A stretch of 64,000 bases of DNA from contig CM022667.1 in the NCBI GenBank assembly GCA_012295275.1, positions 10,106,001-10,170,000 of the forward strand. The letters run 5' to 3'. The notes under the pieces were generated by a model. The model saw only the letters and a list, made by a program, of their open reading frames with translations, had not been told where the DNA came from and ran no database searches. Source of the DNA: Chrysomallon squamiferum. Taxonomy: Eukaryota > Animalia > Mollusca. Positions 1-14,300 of this stretch are shown here, in pieces (the first letter of the stretch is position 1; each line of letters begins with the position of its first letter). A program made the translations under genes and the position numbers.

Positions 1-306
1 TTTTCACACCAGCAAAACAGAACATACCATGGACTTTACAAAACCATCAAAACGGATCAGATAACAATGTATATTGTGTACAAAAGTAAAACATGTGTCT
101 TTAATGTAGATTATTTATTTATCCTTCTAAACACGTTTATTAAGCCATTTCCTAATGCAGCCAGTTCTTCATTTATAAAAGCTACAGTCTATGGCATGAT
201 GCTGGTCAATATTTTCTCTATCGTCTTTAATCATAGTTAGTAAGGCACCACGTAGTGCTTCAGTTTGTCATTAAATTAAATAGTTCTTTCTTCCTTTGTT
301 TTTCAG

Positions 307-367
307 GTGCTCAGACTGATGACTGTGGATTGCATGATGGTAGATTGAGAGAGATGGAGTTTAAGTA

Positions 368-432
<65 letters not shown>

Positions 433-3400
433 CGTCTCTTTCTGTCTCTCACTGCGTGTCTCTCTCTGTCTATTTCTTTTTTTCTTTCTCTCTGTCTCAG
501 ACACATACACGCAAACACACACTCTATTATTGTTCTAATTTATTTCAGAATGGATCAGATTCCACAGATAAACCAGTTTCTGCAGGAGGACCACGTTTCA
601 AAAGTGATTGCTAAAAATCTTGGAAATGACAAGGTGTGTTATTACAGTATTATTTAACACACTATAACATATCAATATTAACTCTTTGGGTTTTGCAAAA
701 TCAGATCCAGGTGATATGTTATAGGCAATGTTCAGCATTTAGGAAGATATTTAAAATAATCAACGACAGTATAAAATATATTCAGACTCTTTGTTTGTAT
801 CACCACTGGCTCTTCTGTAGAGAGTTGCCTTTAATCTAAGTAAAGATTATTTGGTTATTTTACATTCATTAAACTGGTAAATAGTTCATCTTAAATGGTT
901 TTCAAGCTGGGGGACAGTAAGATAAAAATGTACGAAAACATACTAAGGGATTGGTTTGCAGGTGAATTAAATTTTTGTGATAAAAACTGAAGAATGTGAA
1001 TGAGAGTGAAATGGTTTAATGCTGGGTTAGGACTCAGTTTACCTATAAAAGATAACTTGGTGTGTGTTTGTCCCTCTTAGCTGTTTTTTTCCTGTCCGTG
1101 AATTGATAAAAGTTATGAGATTTAATCCATACCAGAAAGCTGCTCAAAAACTACTTCAGTAATTTCCATAAATTGGATCTGTTCCAGAACCATGGAAATT
1201 TACTCACTATAATACTTTCTAATCAACAAATATTGCTTATTTATATAGGTATCATAATAAAAACTATATAGGCAGTACGTATATAAGGAGTGCAGACTTA
1301 GTAAATGGAATTCTGCGACGGACACGCCCGCTGACCTATCAGAAAGCGTGCCCGTCGCAGACGTTCTTCACAACAGCTTGCTCTGATTAGCACGTTAATT
1401 TTTTTCCTATTCCTATTCCTAGTAAATGGAAAAGGGTGAGAAAAGGAGGAGTGATGTTACTGTTTGAAAGGGGAGAGTCCATTCATTCAACTGTTTCTGT
1501 TTTTATTTAAATTTTAAATTTATTTTAATTTTTAATTTTTTTTTTTTTTTTTTTATTAATTACAGGTTTTTAATGACCCAATCCATGGCCACATTGAAGT
1601 ACACCCACTGTGCGTGAAGATAATAGATACACCACAGTTCCAGAGACTTCGCTTTTTGAAACAGCTTGGTATGTGCTACTTTGTCTATCCTGGGGCCTCG
1701 CATAACAGATTCGAACACAGCATTGGGCAAGTGATAACTGTCTTTCTCTTAATAACTCTTATATGTATGTAAACACACACACATACACCACACACACACA
1801 CATACACACAAACACACACACACACACACACAGAGGGTTCGAGCTTACAGAATTACAAGAACTGTTTGTCACTAATCACAAAAGTAAAACAATGCATTTT
1901 TGTGGTTATTCATACACTTGGTTTTACGATCCTTCAGATAACCAGCTATCTGTGCATTACTCGGCCGTATATGCAAATTCAGTATCAGATAAATAAAAGG
2001 CACTGCAGTGACATTTGTATTTATTATCATTAAAAAAACAGAGAAACAAAGAAAACATACTGACTATCATTATGCTGGCTTCTTTGCGTTTAAATTGTTG
2101 TATTCTTATTATCATTGTTGTGAAAATTTTGAAGAATGTTTCTAAAAAAAATAGTTTATTTATTTATTTATTTGTTTATTTATTTTAAATTCCATGCAGA
2201 GTCTGCCATCTTGCTGGTCAGTTGGTGCAGTGTTTACATGCTCGACAGCCGGAATTGAACATAACCAGTCAGGATATCCTCTGTGTGGAAATAGCTGGAC
2301 TCTGCCATGACCTGGGTAAAACAACCTTTGACTTTCAATTACCAACCAATAAATGTAGTTTATGAACAACCTTTGTATCTCAGTTACTAATCAAATATAT
2401 ATTATCAAAAAAACTGGGTTAAGCAACCTTTGAATTTCAGTTACCAACCAGCAAATATAATTTATGAACGATCTTTGAATCTCAATTACCAATCACTAGA
2501 TTATAAATATATTTTGTCAAACAACTGGATTAAACAACCTTTGAATTTCAGTTACCTACAGATTGTAAATATATCTTATAAACAACCTTTGAATCTTAGT
2601 TACCAAAGTAAATAGTAAATATATTTTGTAGAAAAACTATATTGTTGTGTTTTACAACCAACTGAAGAAAAGGAAGAAAAAAAAGAAAAAAAAAAAAAGA
2701 ACATTTAATATTTCAGTTATTACTGGGTAAAAAAAAAATTAAATAATAATTAAAAATTTCAGGTCATGGTCCATTTTCACACCTTTTTGATAATGAATTT
2801 ATACCACGAACGAGACCTGACAGAATGTGGAAGGTTGGTAATAATTGCAAATAAATGTTGTTTAAATATATTTTTTAATTAGTCATTTTGCTTTGTTCTG
2901 CTTTGTGGTATTTATTAAATCTGTTCAATTTATTATAATTTTTTTGCTTACGTATATATTCATCTAATATTCCAATAAAGGTTAGCAGAAGTGATGCATA
3001 AAGTAATCTTTTTAATTTCAGTTTAAACTTGCTTTTTGAAATTTACATTTATTTGCTTGTTATAGTTTGTTGTGATTTAACGTTGCTATTTTGATAATGA
3101 TGTTAACAATAAATTAGTACAGATATTGACTGATGATCCAGAGCCAAAATTTTGTTTTCAAATAATTTATTTTTTATTTTATTTTATTTATTTATTTATT
3201 GCTTGTGATAATTTATATTTTTATTTTTATATGCTTATGAACTTTATAATTTTGATATCGATATTAACAACGAATTACTAACAACAAATATTGGAAAATG
3301 TATTAGCATAATCTTTGATTCATACAAGTTTTTGACACCCACAAGACAATATAGAGATCCTCCTGATCTATGTAGATGGATGGGGATTTACAACATGTCT

Positions 3401-4413
3401 GCCTGTACTTCCCAGTCTCAGCCTCACTGAATTCATCTCATCTCTTGTTCCTAAAACCCATTTCTGTCACTCATATTTACATATGTTTTATTTGCTATGT
3501 CCTATTAATCATTTATTTATTTATTTGCAAAAGAAAGAGCAATTTCGTATTGAGTATGAATTTACTTTCTACCTTAGCATGAAGATGGTTCTGTACTTGT
3601 GTTTGAACACCTTGTAAAGGAAAACAATCTGCAAGAGGAATTTAGAAAGTATGGATTAACAGACTGTGACATGGACTTCATCAAAGAGCTGATAAAAGGA
3701 CCATTAAGTGATTCTTGCATATCTGAAGTAGGTTATATCAGTAATTACGAACTTGATAAACGTTGTCACACTGTGTAATTCTGGTTCAAAGTTTTATCAA
3801 GGTCCTTGATGTGTTAAAATGATTTTGAAAGATCTGTTCTTCTTAACAGGTGAAAAAAACTGTCAAAATTATGTTTTCATTGAAATTCATTTTACAGCAA
3901 ATATATTTTGTGTAAAAAGCTCTTTTAGTGTATATTTTATTTAAATATGCTATATATATATTGGGCGTACCCATATTTTATCTAAAAATATTTTTATATG
4001 TATATCTATATATAATTTAGATACTTTTATTTAAATACTAACAATTTAGATATGTTTTATTTAAATTTTACCTATAAATATATATATATATCCCTATGGT
4101 ATTTTTTTTGTCTTTTGTTTTTGGTTTTTTATCAGTGCTTTATATACACTTAAAATGTTCATGTAAATATATATTATATTCAGACATAGTGTATTTAAGT
4201 TAATATGCAACTTCAGACATGTAATAACATTTAAAATAAACACTTCATATGATAAGCCATATGGTATTTATTTATTTATTCTGAATATATCTTAATTATT
4301 GTAGAACTGGCCATACAAAGGTAGAAAAAAAGAGAAAAGTTATCTGTATGAAGTAAGTAACATTATTTAAATAGACACACAAAAAACTGAACCATGCGCA
4401 CTGACACAATCAT

Positions 4414-4481
<68 letters not shown>

Positions 4482-7446
4482 GGACACACACACATATATA
4501 CACTCTTAAACAGTCATACACCTACACGAACTCATACGTTTACACATAAATAGATAGTCGTACACAGACAGACACACATACAAACATACAAACATATCCA
4601 TCTTGTGAGGTAGTTAATTTATTTGTCAGATAGTGGCAAACAAAAGGAATGGGATTGATGTTGACAAGTGGGATTACTTTGCACGCGACTGTTACATGCT
4701 TGGGATTAAACACAATTTTGACCACACGCGTTTTATGAAGTTTGCCAGAGTTGTCGAAGTTGAAGATCAGTTTCAGATTTGCGTAAGGGACAAGGTAAGA
4801 TTTCAAGGAAAGTATGTAAAATATTTGCTACAACCATAGTAGGCCAGCAACCTTTTTCTTCTATTACCTACACTCAAAAACTGTAAAGATGGAATGCCCA
4901 CCAAGCTGACAATAATTTTCGAATCAAAGGATTAAACAAATAATATTTATTAAAATTTAACTGATTATTCATTAAACTTTTAACTACACAAATTTAGAAC
5001 AAAGATACAAGTGAAACAAAACTTCCTTCTTTTTTGTGGATATCCAAATGTTGATTATGACATACGTTAACATACTAGAAAAAATAAGCTGATGTGTTAA
5101 GGTTTTAAGTCAGACATTCACCATTCACCAAAAGGGTGTCCAATGGCTGACATTAGCGACCAGTTGCTGACCAGCGTCGTTCACACTCAATCAGAAATAT
5201 TTTAAAAGTATAAACTCCATTCTTAAAACATTACCTTTGAAAACCAGAAATCTGTAGTCTGGTACATTTTAAATCCATTGCCTTTTTGTTTGTCTTCTCC
5301 CACCAGGACGACATTGTCAAATGTGCTGAGGCACCAAGAACGTTATCACTGCGCATGTTATTTTGGTGTCATAGACCCTTTTATTCAGTATATTCTGATG
5401 TACATAATCTCATTCATATCTTTTGATAACATGGCAACGTGTTTATCAAATAGTGTGGTTTCCTTATTGGTATTAAAGGTCAATTTCTGTAGTTCGGCAT
5501 TTACAAAATTAAAGATGTACTGTGAAATTGCAGGAAGTGGGAAATCTTTACGACATGTTCTATTTGAGAAGTGTACTTCACAGACAGGCCTACCAGCACA
5601 AAGTCACAAAGTCTCTGGAAGTAATGTAAGTGAAAAATAAAATAATAATAATAACAACAATAAAAATAAAAATAAATAAATAAACGGTTTAAGTATACCT
5701 GTAGCAGTAGAAAAGAAAAAGGTCTAATAAAAAAATATTATTATTATTTTAAAATAATATACTGAAATCAAGTATGAACTGGTATTTACATATTTATTTA
5801 ATTTTAGGATGGCGGAGGCACTTGTGTTGGCAAATGATTTTCTTTTCTTTTCAGGTAAAGATGGGTAAGTTTCGTTTCATTCTTTAATTTTAATTACTCA
5901 TATAAAAATACATGTTAAACATCTGTACAGATGTGTGTGTGTGGGTTTGAAATAAAATACTCATAGATCCTTGTTTTAACGAACAATAAAATATTTGAAA
6001 CACTTATACATCTTTGCTTTAATAAACTTAAAAATGAACAATTCTAAACACTCACAGATCCTTGTTTTACTAAACTTATTAGTAAAACATTTGAAGCATT
6101 CATTAGTCCTTGTTCTCACACGCCTTACATCATGACGAAATCCATTCTCCATTTCATCACTGTTAACATTCATTCAACAGAGCAGCATATTCCTTGTACT
6201 TTAGGCTAAATTTGTTTCTTTCTAACAATTCTGCACGTACCACTGTTAAATAACAACTTGGTTTTTTTCAGTGAAAAAAAGAAGATGTCAGAATGTATTG
6301 ATGATGTGGAAGCTTATACCAAGCTTACAGATGATATTTTCCAGCAAATCCTTTTGTCCTCGGACCCCAAACTGAAGGAATCGCAGACGATTCTGAGAAA
6401 TATTCAGACTCGTAAATTATACAAGTGTGTAGGCCAGAGCGGATCATGTCTGGATTTTTCAGCGAAAGATGTAAGTTTTAACATTCGATAGCTTTATCTT
6501 GAGATCTATCATTAAAGCATATCTGTGGAAGCAGGAATCAATGGTCTTTAAAAATTATTTTACATACCAAGTGATTATTTTAGACAAACCTATGATTGCT
6601 GATAATTAAGTAAAATTAATACTATTACAAAGATTTGAATACTGCCATTTATCTCTTTACAATTGAACTTTACAAGTCACTGTATATGTGTCTAAGTGAC
6701 TGTTATCTAATTTATTAAAAAAGCATTATATATATATATATATATATTCTGACTATTAGAATCAGGCTGATACACCTGTATTTGTAAACTCAGTTCTTTT
6801 GCTGTTTACTGGTTGTTATTCATTAAGCTTTAACAGTTATAAAAAGATAATCAAAACACTGAAGTGTGCAGAATATAACACTCCACACATACACCTTGAT
6901 ATTTGCATGAGATTCTAAAAAGTATAAACATCATGATACTTTCTGTTTATTTCCAAATGTGTTTTATCGGTATCTCAGTTGAGAAAAAGGAACAAGACAC
7001 TAAGCCAGAAAGACCGAGTAAATATGGAGGCCGCATTTTACTTTACTCTATTGTGAGTTCATGAAAATAAATTCATAATGACTTACTTTTCCTAGTTTAC
7101 TCAATTCAGTTAACTCGAATTTGACTGCACTGAATGAGTTTGTGCTTGCTGTATAATTATATGTTGTTATTAGATATCATTGTAGAAGACTTTACTTATT
7201 TATTTAGTTTTTTAAACAATTTTATTTTGCAGAGAGATCTTCGACAGGAGATTTTTGACGCCATGTTGCAAGAAGACAGTAATGCAGAATCACCATTAAA
7301 ACTGGAAGATCTTGTTGTTAATGTAATGACTTCTTTTCTGTTCCCTGATTTTTCTAATACTCCGAAACACAAGCTTTCAGTTATGAATAAATCTGCAAAT
7401 GTAATCACTTTTAATTGGTGATCACAAAGAGAAAGATAAGAAAAAT

Positions 7447-7482
<36 letters not shown>

Positions 7483-7930
7483 AGAGAGAGATGGATGTAT
7501 AGAGAATGTTGTGTTTGAGAGGTCGAAGGTGGTGTAGAGAAAAACAGTTTTGTATGAATGTGTTTTTGCGAGAGAGAATAAGAAGCAAGCTTGTGTGGAC
7601 AATTAGTTATATATTTCACTGTTATAAAATCTCTTTCTTTTTTGTATGTTTAATTTTAATTTATTTCTCTCTTTCTGATAGTTTGTTTATGTCGACTATG
7701 GGATGAAAGACAAAAATCCCATAGACTATGTGAGATTCTATGACAAAAATAACATCAATCAAGCTGTCCAGCTGAGAAAAAACCAGGTTTGTTTAATGAT
7801 TAGCACATGTTTGTTTCACAGAAAATTAATTTTTAAATTCTGAGATATTTCCATTTGAAATGTTTTACATTAAAGTTGGACCACCTTATTTGTGGGTTTG
7901 GCATTCAGTGGTTTAGACCAAACTAATTAG

Positions 7931-7962
<32 letters not shown>

Positions 7963-9734
7963 TGTTTTTTCCTGTTGAGTAAACTATATTCTTATGCCAT
8001 ACAGTACGCTAGAATAATGTGAAATTTACTTGGGTTTTCGCAATCTTTATTAGTACCAACAGTTCAAGTTTCAAGTTAGGAACTTGTATAGAGTAAAATT
8101 ACATCATTTTATATAAGCGTTGCTGGAGATTGCTTTACCCTTGGATAAAGTGGGCCAGTTACTTTACTTTGGACTGCAGAGTACATCTGAGATAGCATAT
8201 ACTTACAAATCGAGATATTATCTTTTTAAAGGAGTTCTATAGATATGAATTTTGTCTTGCAGTCCATGCGACTGTCTATAATTTTTTATTTGAATGCTTA
8301 GAATTCATCTCTACATTTTAAAATGCTTTTTGTTTTGCTTGTTTTGTTTTTTCAAATTATTTTCAGTAATCTGCTTCAGTTTTGAAACAGGCTAACTAAC
8401 ACGAAATATATCATATTATGCTACTATTCATTTACAGCACTTTTGGTATTTTATTTTATTTTGTATTATTTATTTATTTATTCTATTATTATTTTTAATT
8501 GTTTTAATATGGATATACTGGATCATTTTGATTTTAAATAGTTACGTAGATAAATCATTTCTTTTTTCTTTCTTTTGTTTGTTGTATTACAAAACAAAGT
8601 TCATCATCTTGGTATTTTAAATCCTGTAGAAAAATTAAAAAAAAAATCTACAGACAAAAAGAAAAAAAAAAGGAAAAACTTTAAAGATTTTAAAAAAAGG
8701 AATGAAGGAAATCCGAAATTCTTTGGAACGTATGTGTTTAAGGATTCATAAATGGAATTAATATTTAGAATTAGATCCTATTCTTGGGCTATATGCTTAT
8801 ATTCTAAAATAAAATAAAAATTTTAAAAAATTTAAAATCCTGATGTTTGAATCAGAAATGCGTAATTACAATTCAAAGTGTACAATTCATTAAAATAAAT
8901 ACAAGACATCTTTCTTTATGTTATCTGCTTCCTATTTATTTATTTTTTCATTCATTCTGGATTTCGATCTCCGCTTCTTTTTCCCGTGCCTTTTGAACAG
9001 TTGGTCTTTGTTTTCAAACAAAATCTTCATTCATTCACTATTTTAATTTAGATTTCACAACTGTTGCCAGACAAATTCGCAGATAAAAGCATCTTGGTTT
9101 ACTGTAAGGATCCCAATCCAGAGAAACTGGGAATCGCCTCTCGATGCTTTACTCGCTGGTGTGAAATAAACAAAATGGCAGCACCCAAGGTAAGAGAAGA
9201 GAAAATAAAACTAGAAATAATATTTTTTTATTTTTTATCAAGATTTATTAAATCTTATAATAAACAGTAAATTCTATGTGCAGCATACAGACAAAAAAAA
9301 AAAGTAAACCTACTCTTAGTATAATCTTTGTAAAATCTACCCAAAGGGCTGGCTAAGATGTAGATCTATATATCTGTTTCTCTCTAGAAGGTGTGTGTGT
9401 GTGTGTGTGTAAGTAAGTATGTATGTTTGTGAGTATGAATGTGTGTGTATGTATTAATATGTATTTGTATACAGATTTAATTTCATGTTTATGTATGTGT
9501 GTATATATATGAATGTGTACGTTTGTGTGTGTGTGTGTGTGTTTGCGCGTGAGTGTGTTCGCACGCATGTTTTTGAATATAATAATTTCACTTGTTAAAG
9601 CTTATATGAAAACTTCCATGGACTATATGTAATTACTGGGTGAATCAAAACGCACTCACTCACTCACTGTTTTATTATTCTTTTTATATATCTATGTACA
9701 CACACACACACTCACACACACACAAACACACATA

Positions 9735-9783
<49 letters not shown>

Positions 9784-9801
9784 TGATTATTTATTTATTT
9801 A

Positions 9802-9841
<40 letters not shown>

Positions 9842-9992
9842 GTATTAGTATTATTAGTATTATTGTTTTTTGAAGCAATCAGGTTGGGAACTGACACCTC
9901 TGAAAAAGAAAAAAGTTGATTCACACAATGTCCATGACCTAAACACAGAGACATCGGAGACCAGAAGAAATGCCCGCTCCAGACTGTTCTAG
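307..9992 (+). CDS. SAMHD1: SAMHD1-like deoxynucleoside triphosphate triphosphohydrolase, canonical copy A (multi-exon, 5' end likely outside the window)
   Basis: Phase-consistent exons: 307-364 and 549-633 (tentative N-terminal), 1566-1726 (VFNDPIHGH...QFQRLR..KQLG...HNRFEHSIG), 2200-2315 (..[11 protein letters not shown] motif), 2763-2833 ([10 protein letters not shown]), 3578-3727 (HEDGS), 4305-4352 (WPYKGR), 4630-4794 ([20 protein letters not shown]), 5534-5625 ([17 protein letters not shown]), 5808-5864, 6272-6470, 7233-7322, 7682-7786 (DYGMKDKNP), 9052-9189 (ISQLLPDKF), 9876-9992 (..ELTPLKK..RSRLF*). No stops or frameshifts in the HD region. Confidence 0.95.
1299..1431. mobile_element. 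Small insertion with 12-bp direct flanks and an internal GC-rich hairpin (SINE/LINE-tail-like)
   Basis: TAGTAAATGGAA at 1299-1310 and 1420-1431 flank 109 bp. The insert has a 16-bp stem (1312-1327 pairs with 1346-1361, one mismatch) and a short (TTCCTA)n tail. Confidence 0.45.
2312..2630 (+). repeat. Degenerate intronic minisatellite (core ACAACCTTTGAATTTCAGTTACC)
   Basis: About six copies of the core start at the donor of the HD-motif exon. Some units begin CTGGGT/CTGGAT, like the real donor. Confidence 0.7.
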
Positions 9993-10395
9993 TCTTGAGA
10001 TAAAGAAAGTTTACTAGAATAGACCAGCTGAAATCGACCTTTCGGATTTTATACCAAGGACAATCATTAATACTGGCAGCTAGGTATACAAACACAAAAA
10101 ATGTTACAATGTTTAGCTTTACTTTTTTTTTTTTTTTTTCCTAATGACATATCATTCCATGTAATAAAGTTTGGTTGTAAAAATTAACAACTGGCAAGAC
10201 TGACATTTTTTCATGGCGTTATTTTGATGATTAAATTTTAAAGTTCACTTTTTTTTTTTTTTGGAATAATATACTAAATAACTTAGTCTGCTAGGGAAAG
10301 TTTTTGCATTTTGCTACTTTGTAAAAAATTATGATGAAGGGCGTTGCATTACAGAATCAGAATTTAAAATTTTTAAATTGAAATTCAGAATTGAT

Positions 10396-10444
<49 letters not shown>

Positions 10445-10620
10445 GTTTTTATACTATAAATTTTAGCGATTTAAATCTTTTGTGTCAATGATCAATTAAA
10501 ATTTTCTTTTTTTGTTTTTTTAATTGTTTTTGTTATATATTTTTTACTTGTTTTATTTGTTATTTATTTATTTATTTATCTATTTATATACGTTTTAATA
10601 TATATATATATAAATTTTGT

Positions 10621-11322
10621 GTATTTGTAATTTTCACTCGAAAGATATTTGAAATAATTTTTATTTAAATGATTATGGATGAAAATTTCACTCCTCAGAT
10701 CTTGTTAATAAACTTCGTAATTTGGAAATTAGTCCCTGTTATCAGTTCTCTCCCTTTACTGGGCTATTTCTAATCTATTGAAAAAAGAGCACATAAAAGA
10801 TCACTTGGTGTTAGCAGCAGATTTTCTTTTTCTTAACTGTTTTGTTGTATTTTATGTACATGATTAAATTATGGTTGACTGCTTCATTTGACCAAGCTGG
10901 TTCCTTTTTTTTTCTTTTTGTTTTTCTTTCTTACACATTTTTTAAATTTATTTATTTATTTTTTTTAAATTTATTTATTGATTATTTTAGATATAGATAT
11001 ATATATAATTTTTTGCGTATGTGTTTGTAATTTTCACTCAGAAGATATTTGAAATAATTTTTATTTAAGTGATTATGGATGCAAGTTTCACTCATCAGAT
11101 CTGGTTAATCAACTTGGTAATTAGGAAATTAGTCCCTGACATCAGTTCTTTCCGTTTACTGGGCTATTCCTAATCTATTGAAAAAAAAAGCATATAAAAG
11201 ATTCCTTGGTGCCGATTTTAAAAAAGATAACCCATGGTGTGTCAGCAGCAGATTTTCTTTTTCTTAACAGTTTTGTTGTATTTTATGTACATGATTAAAA
11301 TTATGTTTGACTGCTTTATTTG
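10621..11322 (+). repeat. Direct duplication of ~270-300 bp downstream of SAMHD1 copy A
   Basis: 10621-10890 and 11021-11322 align along their length (TTTGTAATTTTCACTC...GGAAATTAGTCCCTG...CAGCAGATTTTCTTTTTCTTAAC...TTGACTGCTT). The second copy has ~30 extra bp. Confidence 0.85.
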
Positions 11323-14300
11323 TCAGTTAAAAGCGAAGTGAAAATAAGTTGACATTGCTACATCTGAAACAGTTTCCAGATCCTCGGTTAGTTAAATCCT
11401 GTTTAGAAATGTTCAAATAGTTCAGCACTAATTGTTTGAGACTTAAGACTTAGCAAAGATTAAAATGTAACAACATATTCGCCTTTTCACGTGTGAGAAT
11501 GGATTAGTTATTTCTCAGTAATGTGATTAGTGGTCATGTACTTAAAGTGGCTTTTCTTCACTAGGAAAGTGTGGAAAGATTTTGTTAAATAGGTTGATGT
11601 TTTTTTAATATTTTGCATTTGTGGTTATTAATATTTACCGTTATGACAAACAGATTTCATTTTGTGTTTTTTGATGTTGTTTTTTTTATAATAATAATAA
11701 TAATAATAATAATAGTAATAATAATAAATTAAATAAAGATTAAAAAAGATGAAATATTTGTTATTTATATTTACGATTATGACTAATAAATTGCTTCCAG
11801 ATTAAACCTTTATATATATATATTTTTTTAAATAAATAAATAAATAAATAAATAATAATAAATAAAGATTAAATAAATGAAACAGTGGAGTTGTAAATTG
11901 TAAATTAACAGATACAAATATATATTTCATGTCAAGAAATGGTGTATATATATTTAGCAACACTGACAACGGATTCTAACTGAACAGATTCAGAATTACC
12001 TTGTAACAATTTACGGTAATTTACAATTGTCTTCAACGAATTCCAAATTCCTGCTGATAAAAATAAATAAATAAATAAATTAATAATGATAATTAAGGAA
12101 GGCTAACTGTTAAAAAACAAATATAAAACTGGTGCCGATAAAAACTGAACCCGAAATAATATGGAGGGCAAACTGAAAAATAATTGTGGAACACAAAATG
12201 AGAATTGGTAACAAAAAAACCGTCACAAGTAGCTGTCATCCAAAATTGCATAACCCTACAGCAGCTAAGGGCGACTACCCGGGCAGCTACAACAACTCTC
12301 CAGAAGAATCTGTCACGAGAAGTGAACTACAGAGAACCGTACCAAGTCGCTGCTGGACTTGACATGTAGCCAACAAGTGAATAAAAATAAGCATAAGCAA
12401 CAAAATGTCAGTAAACGAAAACAAACTCAAGAGTTATCGTAAAGTAAAAATTACCTAAACAGTGCTTTCTCAAAAAAAGTAAATCAGTTTATCTGTTTTC
12501 TCCGACAAAAAGAGCTCACATAATAATAATTAAAAAACCCCCAAACTTTCGAGCAACTAAATAAACACCTCCCATGTCACTACATCAATAAAAGAAAAAA
12601 ATATATTAATTAAAAAATATTAAATTGTAAATGACTGAAATAGATAAATAAAAAATGGCAGTTTATTTAATTTAAAACATTATTATTTAAATGAATGAAT
12701 GTGCAGTGTATTTTACAAAATTAATTGCCTGCATTAATTTTTAAAAATTGCTCTGTAAACAGTTAACTAAACATGAGTTAAATCATACAAATCTGATGCA
12801 TATTTTATTTTATTTTATTTTATTTCATCTCATTATTATTATTTTTTTGTAACTCATTCTATATTGGTTATAACCAATCATATTATTCACAAATTAAAAC
12901 ATAATTTTCCCTTGCACATTTATTATGTGTTGTTTTCCTATTTCAATATCAGGAAACAAATCTTGAATGTTTAAATATCTCAATCTTTATTTAGCAATAT
13001 AGCATCTTCAGTGTCTGTACATCACAAAACAATGTCTTCTAAACAGTTTTCATTTACCCATTTTTAACCTAACACAGTTGGCATCTTTTAAAGGATACAT
13101 CAATGATCCAGTAGTTAGTTCAGCTATAATTTGGGTTTAAAGTTTTAAATCAGTGACAAGTCTATTTTCATTCATACAACGTTTTCTTTTTATTTTGACA
13201 GTTCACTGGTTATAGAAACAAGGACTTGATTGCAGTTTTTAATTCACAAACAATATAAAACACACTGAAACATTCGTCTGTTTAACTTGAAAAATTTATG
13301 ACACACACAGAAAAAAGAAAATCTATTTAACAGATTTTTAAAAATAATTATTTATTTCAAAATAATGTTTTTTCTATTTTAAGATTAAGTCATTGTACCA
13401 GAATAACAAAGAATATATCTGAGTAAAGACAGAAAAAAAAACAAAAAAAAAGAACAAAAAGAAACAAACAAGAACAAAAAAAGAAAGAAGGAAAAGTAGT
13501 TATGTACATTATGTGTGCGTGTTATATACAAATGTAAAAAACACACCGAAATGTAAAACCCAGATCATAATTGTAAATTAATTTATTTGTGCTTTCTCAT
13601 TTTCATAGTCTACATATATTAATAATCATGTTACGTTAAAAAAAAAGAAAAAAAAGTAATAAAAATTTAAACAGAACATAAATGATAACACTCTTTCAAA
13701 ACATTTTTACATACCTACAGACCAAGTAACCGTTATGCATGATTGGTTGAAAGACTTTTTAAAATGCTTTTTCATTGGATTAAATATTTCAAACATAATT
13801 ATTCCCTATACCTACAGAAATAACTTTACAAATTAACATGAAACTCAAACCAAATGACAGTGAAGTCAAATAATTGATACAACAATCTCCCAACAGTCAA
13901 AACACAGAATATGTCAGTATTATAAACAAAATATACAGTAATTTTTTCTGTTTAATTTACCCTACATCAAATGTAAGAAACTAGAAAAAAATAAAAAAAT
14001 AAACCAACGAACAATAGCAAAAATAATCTTTTTTTTTCAAGAAAAAAGAAAAAAAGAAGCAAATAACAGGACAAGACATAATTCATCAAGAAATTCTTTA
14101 AAAACAACTCAAATCTTCCATTTCTTTTGCGTTTAACCTTTTGTTTTCACCCTTAATTTTCAAAATTCTTGACTATTAACTTGTATTTTAGGTAAATATT
14201 TTGTGACCCATTGTTAATTAAATTAATTTATTTTTCCCCTTAAACCCCTTCATTTTTTATTTATTAATCTCACAGGTTAAGTTGTAACATAGATGAATGT

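Noticed and set aside
1-85. Possible further upstream exon of SAMHD1 A (open frame ending A|GTAAAA at 85)
   Set aside because: Phase-compatible with the 307 exon, but the donor is weak, there is no recognisable SAM-domain motif, and it is cut by the window edge.
12100-12400. Locally GC-richer stretch between SAMHD1 A and eIF2-beta
   Set aside because: No sustained ORF, RNA-gene motif or repeat hallmark that I could identify.
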